A stretch of 39,714 nucleotides of DNA from Nitrososphaerales archaeon. GTDB taxonomy: Archaea > Thermoproteota > Nitrososphaeria > Nitrososphaerales > UBA213. The stretch spans positions 1 through 39,714 of the forward strand of contig CBDAOC010000011.1 in assembly GCA_965197925.1 (NCBI GenBank). The letters run 5' to 3'. The notes beneath the pieces were generated by a model. The model ran no database searches. It saw only the letters and a program-made list of their open reading frames with translations, and had not been told where the DNA came from. This document shows positions 10,815 through 19,654 of the stretch, one piece after another. Position 1 is the first letter of the stretch. Every line of letters starts with the position of its first letter. A program made the position numbers and the translations under genes.

Positions 10815-11586
10815 TCAATCCTTTACTATCTTCTTTGGGTTACCTAGCTGGCCAGGATATAAATTGAATGCATTTGTTTTAATCGTAGTAATCTCTTTAA
10901 TGCCATGAGCAATTCTCTCTCCCTTCTAAGACCAGACTATTTCACATCACCAATTGGGAAGTAACCAACGCCGCGTCAAGCCGTTTATAGAAATTTCCCA
11001 TAGCTGCAACCTTTTTGCAATCTTACATATACGATAAAAACTGGTTGAGAAAACACAGGAATCAAGACCATAGTTTGATTTATGTCCAATATCAATTGTC
11101 TCGCCTTCGCTCTTTATCCTAACAACAGTGACAACCTGCCCATAAGTTTTCTCCCAAGTTATCATCGCAGTCAAAGCAACTTCATCCAATACTGTGGACT
11201 CAAGGTAGTTAGCATGTAGTTTGCAGCCCATTAGCAATTTTACACCTTTCCTTACAATATCTCTAACAAGTTCTTCAACATACTCAGCCGCCTACTCCGT
11301 GATCAACGGACCGATGGTAATTTGATCAAGCCTGGGATCTCCAACCTTCCATGAATCTAAATGTTTCAGAATTTTGTTAACAAATTCAATGGCTATACTT
11401 TCTTGAACAAAGACTGCGTTTACTTCATTATATCTCTGTCCAGCATTATTCAACACACCATCAATACAACTCTTTGCCGCAAGTTCTAAATCTGTATCAT
11501 CAAACACTATCGTCAAACCCTTTCCTTCAAGTTCAAGAAGAAGTTTCTTTAAATCTGCTTCTTTCAAATACTCCAAACCCATCTTA
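10815..11586 (-). pseudogene. Aldehyde dehydrogenase (GAPN-like) pseudogene, C-terminal part
   Basis: LLLELEGKG, NAGQR(Y in place of the catalytic C), VGDP, IGPLI, SNYGLDSCVFS, GDVK*SG. Several stops; cut by the IS at 11587. Confidence 0.85.
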
Positions 11587-12627
11587 GAGCTTATCCGAAA
11601 ATTAACATCATAGCCTAATTGTTTATACCGAAACAGATCTAGATCTGTCCTCTCTAGCTAAATTTGTGAGAAAATCAAAGAAAAAGAGCATGCCGACCAT
11701 ATGGCATATACCAGACGATCTATGGGAAGAGTTCAAACTAGTGTTGCCATCAGAGAAACCAGCAAGAACAGTTGGAAGGCCAGCTGTGCCATTTAGAAAA
11801 GTATTGAATGGAATACTGTATGTATTAAGAACTGGATGCCAGTGGAAGAAGGTATCGAAAGAATTTGGTTCTGGCTCAACTTGCCATGCAAGATTTCAGG
11901 AATGGATTGGGATAGGAGTATTCAAGAAGGTATGGAAGAGGCTGCTGGAAATATATGATGAATTAAAGAGCATGGGATGGGACTGGCAATCCATGGATAG
12001 CGTACCGAAGGCCCCATTAGGGGGAAAACGACCGGAGCAAACCCAACGGATAGAGGCAAGCTAGGTACCAAACGTCACATGCTGGTTGATAGAAGAGGAG
12101 TACCTCTCTCATCTGTAATTACTGGAGCAAACAAGCACGATATGAAATCAGCCTTTCCTACAATAGATAGCATTGTTGTTGATAGGCCCAAAGTTAAACA
12201 GAACATATGCATGAATAGGATACGATTTCACTGAGATAGAGTATGGAGTTAGGAGAAGGGGATATGTGGACCACATTAGTCGTAAGGGTGAAGTGTTGAA
12301 AAAGAATTTGTACAAAGCAAAGAGATGGGTTGTAGAAAGAACCGCATCTTGGCATAACAGGTTCAGAAAGTTATTGGTAAGATTCAAGAAGAAGGAAAAT
12401 TATCAGGCGCTAGTAGAATTTGCTAACTGCCTAATAGTGTATAGAGCGATATATTGGTAGTGTCATAAACACGTTAATGCAACTGTTTCTAGTATCTACT
12501 ATCTACAATACTAATAAAATCAATAGTAAGAAAACTAAACCTGACAGTATGAACTAATATTCTTGCATTCTAAATGTTATCATTTCTACCAATCATTAAC
12601 TATCAGCTAGAATTTTAGGATAGGCTC
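11587..12627 (+). mobile_element. IS5-family element (IS427/IS1031-like), decayed
   Basis: TIRs GAGCTTATCCGAAAATT / GAGCCTATCCTAAAATT. 3-bp TSD TTA at 11584-11586 and 12628-12630. Confidence 0.9.
11666..12460 (+). pseudogene. IS5 transposase, frameshifted
   Basis: orfA has NGILYVLRTGCQW. After the GGGGGAAAA shift comes GANPTDRGKLGTKRHMLVD..GVPL. The DKGYD motif is broken near 12215. Ends with RWVVERTASWHNRFRKL. Confidence 0.88.
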
Positions 12628-12879
12628 TTAGTTACAGCGAATGTTCCAACCAGAATATTAGAACCAACTCCTCCGAGCACTGTGATCCATTCGCATTCAT
12701 ATCATTTGATTCTATCATAGAATGTTTTGATTACTTTGAGTTGTACCATAAATCCCTAAAGGTTAGTAATAATACAAGGTAAAAGTAAGTAAGGTAATAC
12801 CTAGGTATGGTAAATGTATAGTAAAGGGTACCCAATACAGAAGGTAAAGGTAAGGTAATTAATGAATCAGTTGTACGAT

Positions 12880-12969
12880 AAAGGTTATAGAACTAGAAAG
12901 ACTGAGCTTTAAAGATTGAACCTAATTTTGACACTTTTAAACGCACTATAGGTTAGTTGGTTCGATAGA
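12880..12969 (+). repeat. ~90-bp dispersed direct repeat, copy 1
   Basis: AAAGGTTATAGAACTAGAAAGACTGAGCTTTAAAGATTGAACCTAATTTTGACAC... aligns with 16730-16820. Confidence 0.85.
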
Positions 12970-13155
12970 AAACTTCTCCAAATAGCCCAAGAGCTTTCGG
13001 TTTGATAGTAGAATAGTAACCTAACAAGCGTAATTCGTGTTTAACTTTATAGAATTCTGAAAATAGTTCGTCTATGGTTTTTCTAGAAACTTCTATTAGA
13101 ATTTGTAGTAATGTTCTGAAAAATATGAAGAAAAGAAAAAATGTTGGTGTCTGAT

Positions 13156-13404
13156 TCAGTTTATGGTGGGTTTATCACAACGTAGTTGAGCTTAGAATCT
13201 TCGCCAGGATGAGAGCAGCTAATATCGAAACCATTTAGATCTGGGAATATCACTACGTTTCCACAACCATTATTTGGATTTCCACTAGCAGCACTTACAA
13301 TAACTACTGAGTTATTGCCAACATCAGCATCTTGAATGAAAAATAACGCTATGATTCCATCAGGATTCCAACCAGATGCATTCCCTTCCCGAATAGACCA
13401 CCTT
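13156..13404 (-). pseudogene. 3' fragment of a putative secreted/surface protein
   Basis: Open stretch GWNPDG..F.IQDADV..SVV..C..GFDISC..P...LNYVVIN*, with no start and a stop upstream. Resembles, from memory, C-terminal domains of thaumarchaeal exported proteins. Confidence 0.4.
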
Positions 13405-13735
13405 TAGCTGGTTCAATAGTTGTTTCTCGGGATGGAGGGGTAGCTCACGACGTCTATTGCCAGAATCATTTCTCTGATTCCTCAAATGAGATCGAATGAA
13501 CTGCCAAAGTAGGCGTCCCATTTCATTTCTGTGCCAAGGTCACCAAAGTTAGGACAAGCAACCCCAACGATCCCTCTGATGATGGTTACGATGGATATCG
13601 TGCTGGCATGTCTTGGGACGAAGAGCTGCTTGACCTTGTGGGGAAGGGCAATGGTTTGACTCCATGTGATTCTAATCCAGATAGATTCAGCGAGGGTTTT
13701 ACAATTCCCAACAGCAACATTGGTAATGAGGTATT

Positions 13736-14404
13736 CTATGGCATAGGGTGTCCATTTTTGTACTCTTCAATCATCTCTTTCAGACGACCGACATAATTTG
13801 ACGGGTCGTCCCTGTACACGTCTATCTCACCGTCTTCCGTGGTCGTAAGAATTGCTATCTGGCTCACCTTCTCGCCGGTCCGCTCCTCCCACGCGAGCGA
13901 ATAAAAGCTGGCTTGGACAAGATGTGTCTCATTTCTTTCATTCATTTTTCGTGTAGCAGTTTTGAAATCGATCACAGTCAATTTCTTGTCGTATTCAGCT
14001 ATACAATCAACCCTTCCAGCAATGCCATACTTAGTGCTGTACAGTCCCTTCTCAAGAACCCTAACTCTGTCAATCTTGATTAGTGCTGGTATCATCTGGC
14101 TGAACATTCTGGCTGCAAGCTCTCCATAATTACCAACAAGATCAATTTCTGGCTTGTTTGCTAGGCAGTTTTCAATTATTTTATGCACTTTAGAGCCCCT
14201 ATCGGTAGCGGCCTTCATCACTTCATTTGCAACTTCCTCACCAACGGATACCCTCCAATCTAAAATGCCCTGCGGTGTGAAATTCTTCAAAAGCGAAGTA
14301 ATTGACATGAGCGTCCCTTCAGGGGTATCATAGTACCTGACGCCATCGATAATGACCTGCTTAATTTTTGGAATTTCAGGATGGAGTACGTATGTGAATG
14401 TCAT
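13736..14404 (-). CDS. PD-(D/E)XK exonuclease, phage-exonuclease/MGME1-like
   Basis: RYY.TP.G..MSITSLL, WR..VGEE.AN, RGSKVH..IE, AGRVDCIAEY, IDFKT, QASFY. Confidence 0.85.
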   Translation of the reverse strand: MTFTYVLHPEIPKIKQVIIDGVRYYDTPEGTLMSITSLLKNFTPQGILDWRVSVGEEVANEVMKAATDRGSKVHKIIENCLANKPEIDLVGNYGELAARMFSQMIPALIKIDRVRVLEKGLYSTKYGIAGRVDCIAEYDKKLTVIDFKTATRKMNERNETHLVQASFYSLAWEERTGEKVSQIAILTTTEDGEIDVYRDDPSNYVGRLKEMIEEYKNGHPMP

Positions 14405-14701
14405 GAATACAAATTCTACCTACTAAACACTATTTTATTTCTTGGGTGTATTTTTTTTGGAAATTATACCCAACAATGCCGTTAGTTCAAGCTCAAACTG
14501 TTCACATATGTCAGATGTGTCGCTTCTAGCATGTGCAATTTCATGTAGCGTTCCTGCTTAACCCTGTAAATCCTTCAACTGAACTCTCGATCATAATCCT
14601 CTCCTTCTTCCGCTTCTTTCTCCCATTTTTTTCTTGTAATGGAACAGTAGCTATAGTAAAACTAAATTATAACGCCTAATTCATTAAGCGGATGTTATTA
14701 T

Positions 14702-15020
14702 TTACCTTTCAATTCCGTAGAACTTTCAAATTTTTTATTCTATTCTTTGGACCACTTTCGCACAAGATATGCTGCAACAGGTAAATAAACTCCTTCTGTA
14801 ATTATGACAACGATTGCTACTGTCACTATATTGAATTGGTCTAAGAGATAAGCTATTCTATATACGCCAGATCCCACTTCAATAACAATTGAAAATCAGA
14901 TTATTGTAAGACATCTTAATTTGTAGATTTGCTTTGCAACACGGTAATCTATACCAAGAATAATCGCATGGATTGTCTGTCTGTTAACGTTTACTGGTCC
15001 TTTTGCAGGTATATGCTTTC
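14702..15020 (-). pseudogene. Decayed small membrane protein
   Basis: PVNVNRQTIHAII...KLR...hydrophobic...AYLVRKWSKE*NKKFE with internal stops. Resembles, from memory, a thaumarchaeal hypothetical family. Confidence 0.4.
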
Positions 15021-15171
15021 TTTTCCTAATTATTGTAGATAAATTTTTTTCTGAAATCACTAAACAGAGATGACTCTAAAGATACCATTAAAATTTTAGA
15101 ATAAGGGGAAGAACAAGACTATGAAACATATGTTACGGAAACTGTATGCAAAGGAATTGAGGTAATTTGAA

Positions 15172-15519
15172 ATGGAGATGAAGGGTCTAAACCTTATTAA
15201 TATCAGATTTTCAGATCTAGAAAAATCCAAGAAGTTTTACTATGAAGTTTTTGGTATGGGAGAAGTCAATAGAGAACCACACTTGATTTTTCTCAGATGC
15301 GGTAAAGACATATTTACTTTGTAAGATGGATACGATAAAATAAACACAGAAGGTATGCATTTTGGTTTTGATGTCAATAGGTACGATGAAATGAATAAAT
15401 GGAAAGATTGACTGAGCAAGAAAAATATATCAATACATGATGAAGGTGAAGGTGATGCAGGAATTTACTTTCATGATCTAGATGAGTATACAATAGAAAT
15501 TTACTATATGAAAGAATGA
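15172..15519 (+). pseudogene. VOC/glyoxalase family pseudogene
   Basis: SDLEKSKKFYYEVFG, HFGFDV, GIYFHDLDEYTIE. In-frame stops at 15322 and 15409. Confidence 0.85.
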
Positions 15520-15852
15520 GAAGGACCTATATTGAATTTACAAGAAAAAAAATGAGACAGAGGTGGTTAAGCTGCCCCCGCTATGTGTGAATTCTTCGTT
15601 TTGTCTATTGATGCGTTCTGTGTTACACCTTGGTCAATGTTGCTAACTCCAGAGATTTGTTCAGGGGGTTAGGAGCAATATCAACAGATCGAAGAGTAGT
15701 AGTTTTGATGAGACAAACATATCGATAAATGGAAAGAAGAGATGGATATGGTGTGTAGTATCTGGAAATGGAAAGAATGAATTCATAACAGTAGAGAACA
15801 GTGAGGAAGCTCCACGCCCTACGGTTAAAAGCGTAGGTGTATAATCTGAATC

Positions 15853-16403
15853 ATGAAGAGATGTTCTTGGGCGACCGATCCCATCATGGTGAAGTACCAT
15901 GATGAGGAGTGGGGGGTACCCTTGCACGATGACCACCGCCTTTTTGAGTTCCTCACCTTGGAGGGAGCGCAAGCAGGACTTAGCTGGTTGACGGTACTCA
16001 AAAAACGCCAGAATTACTAGACCTCTTTGCCCGATTTGACCCAAAGAAGGTGACAAGGTTCAGTAAAAGAGACGTGAACATGCTTATGAAAGATCCTAGG
16101 ATAATAAGAAACAAGCTCAAGATTGAGTCAACAATAAACAACGCTGCAAGGTTCCTTGAGGTCAAAGAAGAATTTGGTTCGCTTGACAGATACATCTGGG
16201 GATTCGTTGATGGCAAGCCCATAAAGAACAAGTTCACAACGCTAAAACAACTCCCCACAAAGACTATATCTGATGCGATAAGTAAAGACCTCAAAAAACG
16301 GGGCTTCAAGTTCATAGGTTCGACTATCTGTTATACGCACATACAGGCCACCGGTATGGTTAATGATCACCTTACTTCATGCTTCCGCTACAAGCAGGTC
16401 TGA
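15853..16403 (+). pseudogene. tag: DNA-3-methyladenine glycosylase I, frameshifted
   Basis: MKRCSWA..YHDEEWGVPLHDD..LFEFLTLEGAQAGLSW.TVLKKR, then a frameshift near 16018, then IIRNKLKI..GFKFIGSTICY..QATGMVNDH..C. Confidence 0.92.
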
Positions 16404-16729
16404 TGATACGAGATTATTAAAATAAGGAGCCGTCGGGCAGACTCCGTATCTGCGGTACGAGTTCCTAAGAGGAATCTAATGATTCCTTTTTTATTCATAT
16501 CACTACCCCTAGATCATTTAGCTGACGTTATTATTTAAATTCCAATTCCTTATTGGTATTACGACCAAAATCTAATTTGGAACCTTGTATCAATAACTGT
16601 AAGGCTTTCTGTACGTTATTGCTTGAGTCTCTTCAATAATTCTATCAAGTTCTGAAGGTACTTTCGAGAGTCCTTTTGCAATCAGCTGTTTTACATGTTC
16701 TTTAGGCTCAGGCAGATCTAGGCTTTTAA

Positions 16730-16820
16730 AAAGGTTATAGAATTAGAAAGATTGAGCTTTAAAGATTTAACCTAATTTTGACACTGTTTTAAAGCACTAA
16801 AGTTTAGTTGGCTCAATGGA
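16730..16820 (+). repeat. ~90-bp dispersed direct repeat, copy 2
   Basis: AAAGGTTATAGAATTAGAAAGATTGAGCTTTAAAGATTTAACCTAATTTTGACAC... aligns with 12880-12969. Confidence 0.85.
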
Positions 16821-17206
16821 TTACAGAGTTTGAGCTTATACTTACATTCTTTGTGGGATTATAGATCTTACCTCTGATATAAGTTCGTATGAAAAAAGTA
16901 TCAAGTTTTTCTATAATATTCAGTAACATATTCTTCAATGTTATAATTTCCTTTTTCCTACTGTGAATAGGAGATATATCACAATGAAAGTAAATTCTTT
17001 GTTCTTATCAATTCATCAACTTCTGCGTAATAGTTGCTAAACGTTACTATTGACAGTAATGAATAATCCAGGGGTTTTAGCAGACATGGAGAAATGTGTG
17101 ATAATCTTAGAAAGAGATACCGAATAAGTCCGATTCATTAAGCATCCCTAAGCCAGAGGGAAAGAGAACAAACTCTACATGATTAATCTTGATTAGTTTT
17201 GTGACT

Positions 17207-17512
17207 TTAAGTATGAACGGTTCCAACAGAAGATACAAACATTTTATCTTGCCAATCAGGGTATAACGATGGCGATTCTTTCAGACCACAACTGTATAGA
17301 ATAGTAACCTCATATCCAAATAACATTTTGTTTGATTTGAACATGCCACAATTTTCGCAATTGAATCCACACCCATCTGATACTCCTAACCATTGTTTAT
17401 TAAAATCGTCAATAACTCTGTGTTCAGCAAAATCTTTTGTTATCCATGGTGACCAAGCAAAAATAGGAATTAAAAATAAGGTAAGTACAATCCCCATTGA
17501 TCTAGTTTTCAT
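17207..17512 (-). CDS. Hypothetical membrane-anchored protein with a Cys cluster
   Basis: N-terminal hydrophobic helix, DGCGFNCENCG, and a TATA-like element upstream. Confidence 0.6.
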   Translation of the reverse strand: MKTRSMGIVLTLFLIPIFAWSPWITKDFAEHRVIDDFNKQWLGVSDGCGFNCENCGMFKSNKMLFGYEVTILYSCGLKESPSLYPDWQDKMFVSSVGTVHT

Positions 17513-17548
17513 AATTAATGATTGTGAAAGCGATTTACTTCTTAAATA

Positions 17549-17707
17549 TCATGTACCTGGTGGATTTTTAACCCACGACCTGTGAGCCTTTAGGACATTC
17601 CTCACCCTCCGTCTATAATTCTTCAAAGTCTCTTTGCCTTTTACTGACATTTCAATAACATAATATGACTGACCAATCAGAACTTCTTTTTCTTCTGCTT
17701 TCTGCAT
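17549..17707 (-). CDS. 52-aa ORF ending in tRNA-derived sequence (possible integrase N-terminal remnant)
   Basis: MQKAEEKEVLIGQSYYVIEMSVKGKETLKNYRRRVRNVLKAHRSWVKNPPGT*. TTTTAAT lies ~25 nt upstream. Confidence 0.35.
   Translation of the reverse strand: MQKAEEKEVLIGQSYYVIEMSVKGKETLKNYRRRVRNVLKAHRSWVKNPPGT
17556..17581 (-). repeat. Degenerate copy of the tRNA-Lys 3' half (att-like)
   Basis: CCTGGTGGATTTTTAACCCACGACCT versus CCTGGTGGGATTTGGACCCACGACCT at 17757-17782. Confidence 0.7.
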
Positions 17708-17752
17708 ATATACATGTACACAAGGGAACCATTAAAAAGTATAGAATGTTAG

Positions 17753-17849
17753 CGGGCCTGGTGGGATTTGGACCCACGACCTACTGGTTAAGAGCCAGCC
17801 GCTATGAGCGGATATTAGAATAACCTCTACCTGGCTGAGCTACAGGCCC
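17753..17849 (-). tRNA. tRNA-Lys(CTT) with a 23-nt intron in the D-arm
   Basis: Acceptor stem GGGCCTG/CAGGCCC, anticodon arm GCTGG-CTCTTAA-CCAGT, T-arm GTGGG/CCCAC. Removing ~17803-17825 gives a 74-nt cloverleaf. No encoded CCA. Confidence 0.92.
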
Positions 17850-17872
17850 AGTATCAGAGCAAAAATTCTAGA

Positions 17873-17880
17873 TATTTAAA
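17873..17880 (-). promoter_or_regulatory. TATA box of tRNA-Lys
   Basis: TTTAAATA 24-31 nt upstream of the tRNA 5' end. Confidence 0.65.
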
Positions 17881-17909
17881 GGTTCAAGAAGCTTGTAATA
17901 AGTTATCTA

Positions 17910-18494
17910 TTACTTTGCAATTGTTGGCCTCGAGTTGATCAGCTGCACTATAGTCTCGGATACATTGCATTTTGTTCTTTCCTTCTCATGTAGTAAGGCC
18001 CTGTAAGCATCCAGAGTAATGTAAACTGGTATCGAACCTGTCCCTTCAAGTAATGCCTTTACTCGATACAATCCGTTCTCTATACCTCTTTCTGCAGATT
18101 TTTTTAGTTTTACTTTATCTATCAAGCTCCCAAATGGACCAAACGGCATTTCATAATCTACACTTATTCCGGTCCTGCACTTTTTCTCTCCAAGGTCCTC
18201 AAAGTCTACAGTTATCTCCCAATTCTTAAATGGTCCTCGTATCTGTTTCGCAACTATCTTCTTATGTGGTATATATTCAATAGTTTCACAGTCCCACTCC
18301 AATTTCTTACCGTTAAAGTCTCCAGTTATTCTAAATATAGTACCAACGCCAAAGTTGTTCTTGACCTCTATCGGCAAAACCTTTAGCCCTATATCTTCAG
18401 GGAACTGATCCGCCATATGTTCAGGTCTTGCAAAATATGTAAAAACTTCATTTATCGGAGAATTAATTTCCATACTCTTGCTTATAGAAGTCAT
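17910..18494 (-). CDS. SRPBCC family protein
   Basis: ISKSMEINSPINEVFTYFARPE, EYIPHKKI..QIRGPFK.W, DYEMPFGPFG.LID. Confidence 0.85.
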   Translation of the reverse strand: MTSISKSMEINSPINEVFTYFARPEHMADQFPEDIGLKVLPIEVKNNFGVGTIFRITGDFNGKKLEWDCETIEYIPHKKIVAKQIRGPFKNWEITVDFEDLGEKKCRTGISVDYEMPFGPFGSLIDKVKLKKSAERGIENGLYRVKALLEGTGSIPVYITLDAYRALLHEKERTKCNVSETIVQLINSRPTIAK

Positions 18495-18635
18495 GAAATA
18501 ATCGACTCGCTAATTGAATTTAAAGCTTTTCCCTTTTTAGGTGTAGATCTCAATTATTCTAGTTAATTCATCTACTGGTAATGTCCCATTTTATAACAAC
18601 CAATAGATTTTCCTACCGATATACAAAGTTGTTAC

Positions 18636-19085
18636 TTAGAATTGAGTTTCCAACCTTTCTTTTCTGTCTATCTTGTAAGCAAATAAAACAGTGAGAAGTG
18701 CAGATGTGAACAACAGTACACCAATACCCAAGTGTATAGATACTAACAACGCATGAAGTTTAGCCTCTATTACCACAAATCCCAATGTAATTTGGGTAAC
18801 AACAAACACTGCAGCCAAGATTGATGTCAGTCTTATCTTTGACTCCGTTTTTTTGTGGAACCATGAAAGTACCGCTGTCATCACTACAAGTATCCCTGTC
18901 GTTGCCGCGATAAACCTGTGTATCCATTCGATCATAAAATCTTCCCTCGGCAAAAGCTGGCCATGACACAGTGGCCAATCTGGACATGACAGACCCAGAC
19001 CTGCCGCACTTATGTACCCGCCTATGAAAATTACTGAATAAACAAGAGCAAGCGATGCAAATGCTATATATTTTAGTACCATCAT
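18636..19085 (-). CDS. ctaA: Heme A synthase, short archaeal CtaA/COX15
   Basis: GLSCPDWPLCHG, IEWIHR, QITLG, SIHLG. Confidence 0.92.
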   Translation of the reverse strand: MMVLKYIAFASLALVYSVIFIGGYISAAGLGLSCPDWPLCHGQLLPREDFMIEWIHRFIAATTGILVVMTAVLSWFHKKTESKIRLTSILAAVFVVTQITLGFVVIEAKLHALLVSIHLGIGVLLFTSALLTVLFAYKIDRKERLETQF

Positions 19086-19654
19086 TATTCTGGTGATTTC
19101 ACTATGAACTTGCCCTTCATCCCAAGCGCTGAATGACCCGGTATCGTACAGATGTAATAATATTCACCCTCTTTGTCAGGGATGAATTTTACTTCTCCAT
19201 CAGCTCCCCTTAATAGTGGATCAGATACAGAATTCAATGCAGATTTGAATATTATTGATGCCGGATCATCAGGATCAGATACCACTCCGAAAGCATGCGG
19301 CATATAACCATCATTGATTGCCTCAATGATCACATCATCCCCTACATTTATCACCATGTCTGGATTAGCACCTTCCTCCCCTGGTAATGCATTGAATCCC
19401 AACACCCTAAAATCTGCACTTTCGACGAATCGCAATTCAAACTCATGGATAACCCCAGTAGGTGTAACTGGACCAGTTGGTCTTTCTACTGGACCTACAG
19501 CCGACTGACTTGATGGAGGGTATGCGTTCCATTCAGCCGAAAATGCAAAGTGTAGCCCTGCACCAATACCCATCAGTACCACTATGAGCACAACACCTTT
19601 ACCAACTCTATTGGGAGTAGTCAGGCTAATGGGGCTCTTTTCTTCTGTGGTCAT
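19085..19654 (-). CDS. Membrane-anchored blue copper (cupredoxin) protein
   Basis: TM helix, PHAF, YYYICTIPGHSALGMKG type-1 Cu ligands. Confidence 0.9.
   Translation of the reverse strand: MTTEEKSPISLTTPNRVGKGVVLIVVLMGIGAGLHFAFSAEWNAYPPSSQSAVGPVERPTGPVTPTGVIHEFELRFVESADFRVLGFNALPGEEGANPDMVINVGDDVIIEAINDGYMPHAFGVVSDPDDPASIIFKSALNSVSDPLLRGADGEVKFIPDKEGEYYYICTIPGHSALGMKGKFIVKSPE

Noticed and set aside
13736..14404. Cas4 or a CRISPR adaptation module
   Set aside because: It lacks the four Fe-S cysteines, and there is no cas1/cas2 or array.
14618..15560. ~20-bp inverted match TTACAAG-A7/8-TG flanking two pseudogenes
   Set aside because: Low complexity, no TSD and no transposase; plausible by chance.
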